A stretch of DNA of 57,781 nucleotides, taken from Macrostomum lignano. Lineage: Eukaryota. The DNA lies in contig NIVC01000809.1 in NCBI GenBank assembly GCA_002269645.1, forward strand, positions 1 to 57,781. The letters run 5' to 3'. The notes under the pieces were generated by a model, which saw only the letters and a list, made by a program, of their open reading frames with translations, ran no database searches and was not told the DNA's origin. The stretch's first letter is position 1; each line of letters starts with the position of its first letter. Shown piece by piece: positions 1 to 12,224 of the stretch. The translations under genes and the position numbers were made by a program.

Positions 1-3000
1 GCAGCGATGCTGGTCATGCGCTGACTCAGGCACGGGATGTTGCGACGAAGCGTAAGTCACATTCATGGAGCAGATTTTCAATCGCCAAGGCTGTTATTAG
101 ACGGCATCAGTGCTTGGATTTCATAGTCGAATATGCCTGGCACAGTGTCCAGGGCCAGCTCAAACATTGTGGACTGATCGCGACCCAGGACGCCCGGTCC
201 AATGCGAGTCAGACTGATGATCGGGTCCACGGTGGTCTAAAGTTTCAGCGATTCAAAGTGTGAGAACTTTGTAATTCCGTTCTCAAAGAGATTCTCAACT
301 TTTTGTGCCTTCAAATCTATGCATCCAAAATCTATACTCGTAGATTGAGACGATAATGAGATCGGTCTCAACTCAACAAACATCTAGATTGAGACGATGA
401 TGAGGTCAGTCTCAACTCAACTAACATCTATATTGAGTGACGATGAGATCGGTCTCAACTCAATAATGTCAATTTTTTCTTCGAGATGTCGATACTTGTT
501 TCGGATCCGTCACATTTCAGCCTACGGTAAATCGTAAATCTAAATGAAATCCAAGTGTCCCGTATCACTCACGCTATTTTGAGCGCGCTGGGGCCAAGGA
601 CGCGTTGGCCACCTGGAGGGTCTTGTACGCTGACAGCACTGTAGTGCCGCCAATATCGACAGACGCGCCAACGTAGGTAGGATTTCCAACTGCAGCAGAT
701 TCGTTTGGCTTGACGGCAAATGCGAAAGAGACTCGATGATCGTCGGTGGTTGCGCCTGGCTTGTAGTAGGCTGAGTGACGATTGGAAGGGAATTGAAATT
801 AAAATTGAAGTTCATTGTTAAGCACTAAAATGCTGTTAGTGAGTCCTCTACTCTGCCTCCTTGCTTAAGTTTTTTACAGCCATAGGGTAACAAAAGAGGT
901 CTATAAGTAAAACTTCTGAGACTGAAATCTCGCCTCAATGTTTAGCGATATTTTAAATATATGGCAAATCTAAGCCACTACGTGTGCATTTATAGCTGAA
1001 GCTGACAATGACAAAGCAAACTGTTCTAGCCACAAAGCATAGCAGCTCACCCTTGTTCGTGAACAGAGTCGATGTGAACGACAGAGTGGACTGGTAGTAG
1101 TTGGTGGCGGAGGCTTTCTGCTTGGACAGGGTGAACTCGTATGGCCAGCTGGACCGCGGCATGCAGCCGAATCCTTCGCCGCTGCTAGCAGTCGTGTAGA
1201 TGCCGCACACCGATAGAATCTCCGTGTCGTTCAACGGGCCGAAAACGTCCAAAGTGAAGTTGGAGTACAGGTAGGGCACGGTGAAGTCCAAGTTGAAGCT
1301 GCTGACAGTGCCGGGGTAGATTTCGGAGTCGCCCGTGATGTTGATGCTGGGCGTCTCTTTGGCCGTGGCCACATCAGTTTTGTCAGTGTTGGCCTGGCAG
1401 GTTGATTAAAATGGGAGCTTTTCATCATCATGACAGCCGATGGTTGGCTTCAGAGGCTTATACCAGGGAGTAATCTCGAAAATTTGGTCGACTTCGGTCA
1501 TTTTTTCATGTCACATTGGTCCGACCGGGCGTGGTGCTTGTGCGTTGGGCGAATAATTGCGTTTTTAGAAAAAATCCCCAAATGGCGCTGTATTTATGGC
1601 GCTGAGGTCTAGAACAGTGCTTTTCTAATTTCAATACAACTTTTAATGGATATTAAAGTCGAATGAAAATATCATTTTACCGTATTACACCACAGATTGA
1701 AAAAAATTGTTGATGGCATAAAAATAGATGTGATCGAATTTTATGAAGCCACGCTTTGAAGTTATTTGAAAAATACTGCAATGGTCCCTTTACAGGTGTT
1801 TTGGCCGATAACGGGACTCCGAGTTATACATGTAACCTCTTGAGAAGTTTTGGCTGCTGCATGTCTCGACTCTTTAGTAAAGTTATTCACGCTTGGCTGA
1901 TTTAAGAGGGCGCTCTGGAAAGGTTTCGGATGCTTCACGGAGGCTTAGGATAACGATCAACTGAAGCTGCTGAGAATATCAAGATCAGGACAATTTAACA
2001 GAAACATCAGCTAACCAGGAACGATGTCTGCCCTATCCAGATGACGCTCTCGTTGTTGTACTCGGCTCCGGCGGACACCCAGTACTCGGTATTGTTGGAC
2101 ACGATGTTGTTGTACAGGAACACCGCCTCGTAGGCAACGCTAACGGTGTAATCGCTCTCAACGGTGGCTCCGGATGAATGGGTGACCGTGCCAAATGGCA
2201 GAGCAACGCGAACGTAAGGCCAGGAGCCGTTGTTCTTGCCCTCGTAGGTAGCCTTGGACATGACTTCGGTGACGTTCAAGTTTAGACGAGACCCAACACT
2301 GATGATCTTGACGTCACAGATCATGATGACGGCCGCTGTCTCGTTGTCCGGCGAGAAAATCTCCATGTTCATCGAGGTGTCACCCTATTTTGGGTTTTTA
2401 GATTTCAGCGTTAGGTTTCATAAAGCGACATTAGGTCAGCGTTTATACTCGTTTTGCGTTCAAACTTACAAGCGGAAACAGGACGTCCACCTGGAAGGCC
2501 AGTTTCTCGCCCATTCTCAGGTGGGTGACATTGTTGGTAGGAAAAGTTTGCGCGTATTTGAATGTCACGTTGCCGGCTGGAGGTATGGCCTGAAAGTAGT
2601 TGTGATGTATTTTAATTAGCTAGAATGGTTCAGTCATTTGTTTGACAATTTTTGGATAAACTTTTGATCATCGTTTTTTTATTAAGTATGCATTCACAGC
2701 TACTATGGTGTGAGACTAGAATAACCAAAATATTAATCCAAACGGCTGAACCCCTCACCCCAATGACAGCGTCCCCCCCCCCCAGACAGCACAGGACAGC
2801 GCTGCCCAAGGACGGCCTCCCGTTCTTGTCAAAAGTGCTCAGTTTTGTGTTAAGAAAATAATAAAACTATGGAGCCCCTCTCAGTCCCATGGTGCCTCTT
2901 AGAGTAGCCCAAGTTATATATGCTCAATGTGCCGCTCCCAGTGTGACACTCCACCACTGTAACTCTGCTGCATCAAATACTTGAAGTGTCTTTATAAGTT

Positions 3001-4423
3001 CGCTGAGACACTCACCCGGCGCTGTCGAGATTTCACGGCCTCAACGTCGATCGCAACTTCAGTGACAACGAAGCCGGACGTAGCGAACGGGCCGGGATTC
3101 GAGGCGCGGATCTTGATGCGGTGGAGTCCCTCCGGAAGGCCGCTGGCAGCCACGGTGACGGCTCCGGTGTTCGGGTCCACGGCGAAGAAGCCCCGCGGAT
3201 TGTCGGACGGCTCCAGAGTGTAGATGACTTTGGCGCACTGACAGTTCGGCTTCGTAGCAGCGTCTGAGTCTTTGGCGCTGACGGTGGTCACTCGATAGCC
3301 GACGGCGGCCCCCTCCGGCAGGCTGGCTGAGTAGCGCTCGGTATCGAATGTCGGGAGGGCGTTGTCTGAAATCAGAGATAGAAAATCGAATGCGCAAAAT
3401 GGGAAATTCCTACACGAAACACCAACGACAACTTCAGACAAAACGCACACAGATACTCGATTTGCAGTTCGAGTAATATAAATTTATCAACTGGCTCACC
3501 AAGTTGATCGCAACGAGATCCTTTGAATCCGGGATCGCACACGCATTTGCTTGTCGTCTCGCATTTGCCATTGATGCAAGACCTGCAATATGATTTTATG
3601 GTATTTAAATTACCATACATCAGACATGTAATTGGTGTCTTGGTGGGCGCCCCTGTCTCTTCGGGGGCGCTAATGCCTCTTGTTGGGCGCCCGTCTCTTG
3701 GTGGGCGCTCCCTGTCTCTTGGTGGGCGCCATTGTCTCTTGGTGGGCGCCATTGTCTCTTGGTGGGCGCCCCGTCTCTTGGTGGGCGCCCCTGACTCTTT
3801 GTGGGCTCCACTGTCTCGTGGTGGGCGCAACTGATTCTTGGTGAGCGCCCCTGTCTCTTGGTGAGCGCCCCTGTCTCTTGGTGAGCGCCCCTGTCTCTTG
3901 GTGAGCGCCCCTGTCTCTTGGTGAGCGCCCCTGTCTCTTGGTGAGCGCCCCTGTCTCTTGGTGAGCGCCCCTGTCTCTTGTGGGCGCCTCCTGTCTCTTG
4001 GCTGGCGCCCCTGTCTCTTGGTGAGCGCCCCTGTCTCTTGTGGGCGCCTCCTGTCTCTTGGTGGGCGCCCCTGTCTCTTGGCTGGCGCCCCCTGTCTCTT
4101 GGTTGGCGCCCTTATCCCTATCTCCTGTGAAATCAGGGTCCAAAAGATAGCAAAACTTGAGCTCCTGTCATTCATTTATCTTGGTAACCTCTTTCGTTTA
4201 GTTTTTAGAGAGATCAATTTTTGTGGGTGGGGGGCAATTAGGAGGGAAGCGCGGTCCCCTGTCACCTCTGCATATGCCGCTGGACTTACTATAAACAATC
4301 AGTATTGACCCAGCAAAGTGACTCAGACTTATAGACTTACTCCTTGCTACACGGCTGCAACGTAAATGCAAGCGAGAGCGAGATGAGGCACAGCAGTGCC
4401 ACCAGAATAATCTGCTTATGCAT
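1..4423 (-). CDS. Large secreted protein, 5' part (runs off left edge): signal peptide - EGF - single cadherin-like domain - RQRR - ~160-aa beta-rich repeats
   Basis: Hand-spliced with GT-AG and matching phases: exons 4423-4341 (MHKQIILVALLCLISLSLAFTLQPCSK), 3582-3500 (SCINGKCETTSKCVCDPGFKGSRCDQL, EGF), 3365-3016 (DNALPTF..SLPEG..VSAKDSD..YTL..FAVDPNTGAVTV..AVKSRQRR, cadherin-like), 2589-2470, 2384-2016, 1393-1051, 770-573, 236-<1. One extra base near 590 (G4 run) and compensating shifts near 95/45 interrupt the frame. Confidence 0.85.
341..463. repeat. ~44-bp tandem repeat, ~3 copies, intronic
   Basis: TAGATTGAGACGAT(A/G)ATGAG(A/G)TC(G/A)GTCTCAACTCAAC repeated, with an internal TTGAGAC...GTCTCAA inverted motif. 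Confidence 0.8.
3637..4110. repeat. 20-bp minisatellite in intron 1 of the EGF-cadherin gene
   Basis: GAGCGCCCCTGTCTCTTGGT and variants in tandem; explains the repetitive ORFs 3372..4175, 3670..4143 and 3958..4308. Confidence 0.95.
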
Positions 4424-4563
4424 TTAGCTCGAAGTTCTCTGCAGTTAGTCTCGAAGGCTGCTGAGAGGATAGGACGAAGAACTGCTGAACTGTTGAGTTC
4501 GAAAGTTACTTTGAGACGGCGGAGAGAAGCGGAGAGGGGATTAAACCGAGGATCGATCGAGAG

Positions 4564-4570
4564 TTTTATA
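4564..4570 (-). promoter_or_regulatory. Candidate TATA box of the EGF-cadherin gene
   Basis: TATAAAA on the minus strand ~140 nt upstream of the ATG at 4423; position only, no transcript evidence. Confidence 0.35.
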
Positions 4571-7500
4571 GCAGGTGAGTTGGGTTTGGGGGGAGAGCAG
4601 GTGAGGACGCCGTCCCACATCCAGTTTTGCCAATTGCTGCTGCTGCTGCATTGTTGCCCGAGCTCACATCGCAAGACAGAGATTCGCCCAGTCTGGGGAT
4701 TGGAGACTGGGCAGAGAATGGAACGGGGTGGCAGGGGGAGAGGATTAGGAATCTTTGCTAAAAATTTGGGGATAGGAATCCCGTGTTTGCTGCGGGAAGT
4801 GGGAACACGGGAAGCAAAGGGGAGAAGGCTGGGCTCGCCGTCCATACTGTCGTCAAACCCCCCGCCCGCTTTTGTCCAGGCTTCCCCTCTCTCGCTCCTC
4901 TCCCAACCTCCGGCAGAGCAGTGGGACAGAAGGAGGTGGTGGGGGACAGAAAAAGAGGAAAACAACAGAGGCTGGTAGCCATGGCAACTGGAACTACATG
5001 GAAAGCAAAAAAGCAGTGGGAGCGGCTGCAATTCTGGAAACTGGGAGGAGGCGGGGCTGGCAGAGCTTGGATTAAGAATAGGCAGAGACGCGGGCCCCTC
5101 TGGGATGAGTGAGACAGGCCGAGACCTGCCGCTCTTGACTTCCTTCCCATCCATTATCTTTATTTTTCCCACGGGATGCGGGAACAATAGGCTTTGCTCG
5201 TTTCCTTCTGCATCTGCTCCAGCCGTGGGAGAGAGTTAAAGAGCCGACGGCAAACTTGTCGCTTGCATGAAAAGTCTATTTTTGAAGATGCATCGATTTC
5301 TCAGTGGGAAGCAGACTATCTACAATATCTATGCATGGTCACAGACAGAGCCGTGTGTTGAGCCGTATTTATGATTCACTGGATGACTATCTTCGATTTA
5401 AATCTAAAGCCCCTGTGGGTGTTTGGGTCTTCTGTCATTCTGTCATACGTAATTGACTTTAGCCAGCTTAGGCGCTTTGCCCTCATGCAGAGTTTAATGG
5501 CAATGTTGTTTACTGTCAAGTGCGAGGGCGACAGAGGCTGCACTGGTCACTAACGGGTATTTGTCTGCGGCACCTCTCTAGCTAAATGTCTCGCCACAAT
5601 ACAAGCACGCATTTATAGCTAGTACAGGGCAGATATGCAACCATTCTGTCCCCCATGCAGCTATACGCATCCTGCATCCATCTCTAGACCCGCTTCAGGA
5701 AGCGAGCCTGAATGAAAGCGCAGCTGGCGAGCAGAAATAAAAGAAGCGCGCAAGACAATGGAGCAGAATTTTTAGCCTAGCTATTGAGCTGCTATCGATT
5801 TCCAACATTTTCTGCTTGGAAAACCGGTGTTCGCGGCTGAGTAAACACGTTCAGAATTTTCCCGGTTTGCAGGTACCAGGCGAGGCTAGAGGTAGAGGAA
5901 GATGAACGTCGATTTGTGTTTTTTTGTTCAATAAAGCCGTAGGATTCTACAAGCTTTCACGGCGAGCAGGAAAGACAACCCACGGAGATTTTACTGCAAT
6001 GCAAAATGGAAAGTCAACTTGATCAACTTGGTAGCACTTCCAGCTTAGGATGCCAATATTCGCCCAAGGACAACTTAAGAACGACCCAAACGATGGGAGT
6101 TCAAAGAAACTACAATCCATTATGATTCTTTCTGTAAGTAAACAGGCATAAGGTTTATATGCGAGCATGTTTGCTCACAATCTTTATACTGCAAACTAAA
6201 AGTATTTGTATATTTTGTTGAAATGATTAACTCAAATCGCTCTTAATAGTTCACTCAAATACACATCAATTTGTGAATTGCAGTTTTCTTTTAGAGCCCT
6301 AGTTTGACCTACTCAGGAGACCTGGATGAGACGTCTCGGTGTTTCTAGCAAAATGTTTCGAGGTAATATTCTAGATTCAAGGTCGGTTCAGTCCGGAGCC
6401 TTGCTTTGGGTTAACAGGCCCATTTGTGTTTAAAAGTTCAATTTAAAATAAAGAATAACACACGTAGTTGCCAGTGCTACTGTTTTAGCACTGAACTCGG
6501 CGATTCTCTAACACTATTAATTTTTTCAAAGGGCGTTGTATTGTTGAGTCTAGGCCAGATCTAGTGTGTCACAGAATCCCTTCATCCCGCTGGCCGGACT
6601 GACTGCAATAGCTGAGCGTGAGATCGCGTCGACACACTGAGCCGGTCCGTCCCTGAAACCCACAACTCGAAAGCTCCCGTAGGCAATTTGCCCAAGAAAT
6701 TTAAGCGGAGGTAACTCGCTGTAATTTCTTCGCAGACTGGCAGTTTACTTCTCAGAGGAGTGAGACAGAGCGGCCGAGAGTTTGCTAGAGTTAGTATTGC
6801 GTACTTAAGAGTTGACTTGTCAAGTCAGGTTCAACAGGAGCCCTCTCCCTCGCTCTACTCCAACACATTTATATTTAGCACGCACAACCCCCACCCCAAA
6901 CCTCTAGGCTTGGGGTTTAGACCCACAGCCATTTCTCGGCCGCCGATTGGCCGGCACGAGCGCATACACAAGGAACAAATCACAACTTAGTAATGGGGGA
7001 GCTCAGCGGGCAGCTCAGCCAATCACACACAAAAGGGGGTGGGCCGGTACGCGTAAACTTCTTAAACTTTAGCAACCGAGTAAACTTCTGAATCTTTAGA
7101 CAAAGCGGAGGGTGGCGGGCATGTGGGAAAGGTGCAATGGCGGGTGCACCCGCACTGAGAGCTGAATAGATCGCTCAACAGTGCAAGTGCACGCCGGCAC
7201 AACAGTATGAATTCTGTTTGAATTTGGTCCCACCTGTTTTCACAATATAAAAGTTTATCGAAGTTAAATTTTTCAAGTTTACGTAATTAAAAGATGTTTG
7301 AGTCGACCTAAAAATCCAGCGATGTTGTGTTGCTGTGTTGTTTTTGCTAGCTGCAAGCTACGAGCGATATAATTCTTGCATCTATTATTAGCACCAACTC
7401 CAACGCCAGCCGAGTCTATGGCCGAAAGCCTCAGGCAAACCGATGGCTCTTTCCACCGCATCAGGAATTCAAGAGCCATGCTTCTCAACAGCCGCCTTGA

Positions 7501-7626
7501 GTTGTAGCAAATGACACCACAAGTTAAAGAGCCGTTTACACCTTCGGAGATCGATAGCGACACTTCGCTCTGGCGGGCATGAGCCTGCGCCGAGCAGCCA
7601 CAAGGAGGCGCTAAACTCCAGGCCTC

Positions 7627-8292
7627 ATGGAACAGCAGCAGCAGCAGCAACAGCAGCTGCACAACCTGCAAGCTCTCCGAGTCATTCGGCGAAGAATTCT
7701 CGACTTAGACCTGACCGTCGCGCGCAGCCTTAACGACGTTGTTGAACGTCGCCAACTGACTGACGATCTCAGCGCCAACGACGTGCACGCCATCGTCAAC
7801 ACCTTCGACAACGTTGTAGCCGACTACTTCAGCCCAGAGCGGTGGCGACCGCTGCGCGAAGCGCTCGGCTCGTCGGCCTGGCCGGAGCCGGAGTGGCGGC
7901 TGGCCGTGCAGCGAGTCGACCAGGCCATTGCCGGCATTTCCGACCGCAGGCGTGCCATCCGCCGGAGCGACCTGCTGTTCGAGAAGATCGTCCTTGATGA
8001 GCTTGGCCTCCGCTGTCACCTCATCCGGCGAGCCATCGGTGGCGAGGCGGGCGGAGCTCGCGAACTGATCGAAGAGATCGACTACTATCGACAGATCCAG
8101 CTGAGCGACCAACAGCCGCAGCCTCAGCAGCTTCTGCGGCAACATCAGCAGCAACAGCAGTGCCAACAGCAGCAGCAACTACAACTTCACCAACAGCCGC
8201 AGCCTCAGCAAGCGGCCACAGCAGCCGCAGTCGCGGCAGCAGTCAGATTCAGCGCCAAAGTGAACGTGAAGGAGTTCAGGACGCGGCCCTGA
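7627..8292 (+). CDS. Intronless 221-aa orphan ORF with N- and C-terminal polyQ tracts and a predicted helical core
   Basis: True ATG with in-frame TAA upstream (7612-7614). The non-repetitive core has the same GC3-rich codon usage as the verified exons here. No family recognised. Confidence 0.6.
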   Translation: MEQQQQQQQQLHNLQALRVIRRRILDLDLTVARSLNDVVERRQLTDDLSANDVHAIVNTFDNVVADYFSPERWRPLREALGSSAWPEPEWRLAVQRVDQAIAGISDRRRAIRRSDLLFEKIVLDELGLRCHLIRRAIGGEAGGARELIEEIDYYRQIQLSDQQPQPQQLLRQHQQQQQCQQQQQLQLHQQPQPQQAATAAAVAAAVRFSAKVNVKEFRTRP

Positions 8293-8639
8293 GCACTTTG
8301 CCCTAGTTGGCATCCACAATATTATTTTCGCAGCCCATCGACAATGATTTTTCTTCAGAAAGAATGCCTAACATTCGAGTGCAGTTGCTTTTTCTCTCGA
8401 ACTTATCCTTCGCCCCAAGCGAGGCGCGGCGCCGCTTTGAAAAAGGAATAACACACAATTGGCGTTTTCTTATGATTAAATTGAGCACATTTCGTTTGCT
8501 GCAATTTTTAAAGCAATCTTTTGACCAATTCTTTTTACTAATTGAAGAATTTGTTAGTCTTTTCTGTAGACAGTTTTTAAAACCGGTTTGTCAAGAGAGA
8601 TTCTTCACAATTGGCAAGGATGGTAAATGTAGATCAGGT

Positions 8640-9543
8640 GTGTTAAGGATGATCATCCAGAGGATGGTGGCTGTAAATCAACTGTGTTAAGGGTGATTAT
8701 CCAGAGGATGGTGGCTGTAAACAAGGTGTTTTAAGTATGATCATCCAGAGGATGGTGACTGTAAACCAGGTGTTTTAAGTATGATCATCCAGAGGATGGT
8801 GACTGTAAACCAGGTGTTTTAAGCATGATCATCCAGAGGATGGTGGCTGTAAACCAGGTGTTTTAAGTATGATCATCCAGAGGATGGTGGCTGTAAACCA
8901 GGTGTTTTAAGTATGATCATCCAGAGGATGGTGGCTGTAAACCAGGTGTTTTAAGTATGATCATCCAGAGGATGGTGACTGTAAACCAGGTGTTTTAAGT
9001 ATGATCATCCAGAGGATGGTGACTGTAAACCAGGTGTTTTAAGCATGATCATCCAGAGGATGGTGGCTGTAAACCAGGTGTTTTAAGTATGATCATCCAG
9101 AGGATGGTGGCTGTAAACCAGGTGTTTTAAGTATGATCATCAGAGGATGGTGGCTGTAAACCAGGTGTTTTAAGCATGATCATCCAGAGGATGGTGGCTG
9201 TAAACCAGGTGTTTTAAGTATGATCATCCAGAGGATGGTGACTGTAAACCAGGTGTTTTAAGTATGATCATCCAGAGGATGGTGACTGTAAACCAGGTGT
9301 TTTAAGTATGATCATCCAGAGGATGGTGGCTGTAAATCAACTGTGTTAAGGGTGATTATCCAGAGGATGGTGGCTGTAAACCAGGTGTTTTAAGTATGAT
9401 CATCCAGAGGATGGTGGCTGTAAACCAGGTGTTTTAAGTATGATCATCCAGAGGATGGTGACTGTAAACCAGGTGTTTTAAGTATGATCATCCAGAGGAT
9501 GGTGGCTGTAAACCAGGTGTTTTAAGGATGATCATCCAGAGAC
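8640..9543. repeat. 44-bp minisatellite, ~20 copies
   Basis: AAACCAGGTGTTTTAAGTATGATCATCCAGAGGATGGTG(G/A)CTGT; period 44 (8763 to 8807); each unit has a CATCC-AGA-GGATG mini-hairpin; no spacers. Confidence 0.97.
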
Positions 9544-10021
9544 TGCTGAAGGAAAACTGTTAAAAAATAATAATCCAGAAGAGAGGATTTTGAATTTCAG
9601 ACGAGCAATTCTCAATAGGAAAAAAACCAAGCAGAAAGCAGTGTCGACAGGTGCCAATATGCGATGGCTGCTGATTTAGCTGAGCGACTTTCAGACAGGT
9701 AGGAAGAGATAATTATCGAGGAGACAAACTGCATTTCAATAGGCAACACTTAGCATAAAAGCAGGAAGAGATGGAATACGCTCGTAATTGAAGCACTCAA
9801 TCGATTGCCACTCAAGCAAAGCATCGTGAGGCTCTATTCAGCTGAGCCAAGCGCTTCTGCGCTTTTAAGCAGCTGATAATTGCAGGCAAGCCAATCCGAA
9901 GCACAGCCCCTCGACTGCAAATCCACTATTTTCAGACCCAGCGCCAACCCCTAGGCAGCCAAGCTTAGCTTGCAAAGTAGAATAGTTGAGCCAGAGGGCG
10001 AGGTTTTGTGTTATTTTCTAT

Positions 10022-10990
10022 GGGATCCAGTCCCAACTTATCCTAAGATCCAGTCCCAACTTGTCCCAAGATCCCGTCGTACTTGTCCAGAGATTTCGTC
10101 CCGACTTGTCCCGAGATCCCGTCGACTTGTCCCGAGATCCCGTCGACTTGTCCCGAGATCCAGTCCCAACTTGTCCCAAGATCCCGTCGACTTGTCCCGA
10201 GATCCCGTCGACTTGTCCCGAGATCCCGTCCCAACTTGTCCTGAGATCCCATCCCTACCTGTCCCGAGATCTCGTCCTGGTTTTTTCCCAAGATCCCGTC
10301 CCTACTTGTCCAGAGATCCCGTCCCGACCTGTCCCGAGATCCCGTCCCGACCTGTCCCAAGATCCCGTCCCAACTTGTCCCGAGATCCCGTCCAGGTTTG
10401 TCCCAAGATTCCGTCCTGGTTTGTCCCGAGATCCCGTCCCAACTTGTCCCGAGATCCCGTCCCAACTTGTCCCGAGATCCCGTCCCAACTTGTCCCGAGA
10501 TCCCGTCCCAACTTGTCTCCGAGATCCCGTCCTGGTTTGTCCCAAAATCCCGTCCTAACTTGTCCCGAGATCCCATCCTGGTTTGTCCCGAGATCCCGTC
10601 CCAACTTATCCCGAGATCCCGTCCCAACTTGTCCCGAGATCCCGTCCCAACTTATCCCGAGATCCCGTCCAGGTTTGTCCCAAGATCCCGTCCCAACTTG
10701 TCCCGAGATCCCATCCTGGTTTGTCCCAAGATCCCGTCCCAACTTATCCCCGAAATCCCGTCCCAACTTGTCCCGAGATCCCATCCTGGTTTGTCCCAAG
10801 ATCCCGTCCCAACTTGTCCCGAGATCCCATCCTGGTTTGTCCCAAGATCCCGTCCCAACTTGTCCCGAGATCCCATCCTGGTTTGTCCCAAGATCCCGTC
10901 CCAACTTGTCCCGAGATCCCGTCCCAACTTGTCCCAAGATCCCGTCCCAACTTGTCCCGAGATCCCGTCCCTACTTGTCCCGAGATCCTA
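10022..10990. repeat. ~23-bp CpG-rich minisatellite
   Basis: TGTCCCGAGATCCCGTCCCAACT and shorter or variant units; source of the overlapping repetitive ORFs at 9970-11053. Confidence 0.95.
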
Positions 10991-12224
10991 ATTTTATATC
11001 CCGACCCAAAAAAAGTTTGCTTGTCCCACTGTAGCTGCCTTGAGAGGCCTTGAGAGTCAGCAATTTTGAGTCTTGACTGATGGTTTAGGGAAAAGTTTGT
11101 TGACACTTCAAATTCTAGTGCAGTGTCTCCATGGTTGAACAAAGAGGCTGCAGACAGAGGTGAAAGCGCTCTACCTGGAAGGCACACAAGCGGGGTTAAA
11201 CCCGGGGTATTTGCGCAGCCTGAAGGAAGTGGGAAAAGAAGAGAGAGCAGACCCCACATGCCTGCAAATGGTGAAATCCGCTGATAGGCTTTGGCAAACA
11301 TTCCAGTCTGATAGACGTGACAGTGCATGACTCGGCTGGGCAAATTGACAAGACAACAGGAGCCAAAATTCTCAGTTTTAATTGCCAATATTGTTAGCTT
11401 CGAATTATTATTATTATTATTATTATCGTATTTGATCTAAACAAATTTGGTTAATTATTTATAAAACAGTTTGCAACATTGCAATGCAATTAATGGGTGT
11501 GTATATATTACAAAGCGGACAAGCAGGCATTCGATTAACTGCAATGGAGTGAGAGCTACTTAGCCATGCTCAGGAGGAACTGTAGAGACACAGAAAGCAG
11601 ACAATTAAAAAAACCGCCCGACGAAATTCGTTAATTCAGTAATTTTATTGCCAAATCAAATAATTCGCGTAAAACTCGCAGCTAGGCTACTAACAGTAGC
11701 GCAGTTAGCAATACGTGTAAGTATAAAGATGACGCGATTATATATAAAAACACGACGGCTTTGCCCAAAAAAGGTGGGCCAGACTAAAAAAAACAGTGGC
11801 TAACATAATGGCAGTAGTAAAAATCATTACTATTGTGCAAAAGCAGCAAATAAAAATTTCGATTTAGCCTTTGCTATAATTAAGCATTGGTCTTGATTAC
11901 TTAAGATTGCGAGCATGTTTTAACGAATAAATGGGCTATGAGGTCAGAGAGGAAATTGTGAAGAGGACAAGGGTAGAACTCAAGCCTGATAAAAAATATA
12001 AAGAAACAGCAATGAAATTAGTTTAATTGCAATTAAGAATGATTTTTGAGGAATAAATAATTTTTTAAGCGTAAACTAAAATGAAAAATACAGACAGCAG
12101 GGTTACCTGCTTATGCAATCAGAAGATGCAGCTCAATCATCAAGCATAAAATGTTTCAAACCCACACTTGTACTGTGTGATTCAGCTGTGTTTATATAAA
12201 CCAACTACCAAGACGCAAAAGGCG

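Noticed and set aside
3372-4175. 267-aa Arg-rich ORF ending in an EGF domain
   Set aside because: The Arg-rich part is the 20-bp intronic repeat; the EGF is a separate 83-bp exon with proper splice sites and phase.
4198-5187. 329-aa minus ORF and overlapping plus ORFs
   Set aside because: Low-complexity purine/pyrimidine-biased upstream region; the real coding frame here is the short signal-peptide exon in another frame.
7279-8178. Minus-strand ORFs with apparent signal peptides (MQVVQLLLLL..., MLLLLALL...)
   Set aside because: The poly-Leu is the antisense of CAG polyQ codons, and the first ORF starts at TTG rather than ATG.
8245-8290. PAM2 (PABP-binding) motif in the orphan ORF C-terminus
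   Set aside because: KVNVKEF lacks the conserved Leu and Ala of LNxNAxEFxP.
8640-9543. CRISPR-like palindromic repeats
   Set aside because: Head-to-tail minisatellite without unique spacers.
9970-11053. Long repetitive ORFs on both strands (e.g. 354 aa)
   Set aside because: Open in several frames only because the 23-bp repeat lacks stops; starts are non-ATG or repeat-internal.
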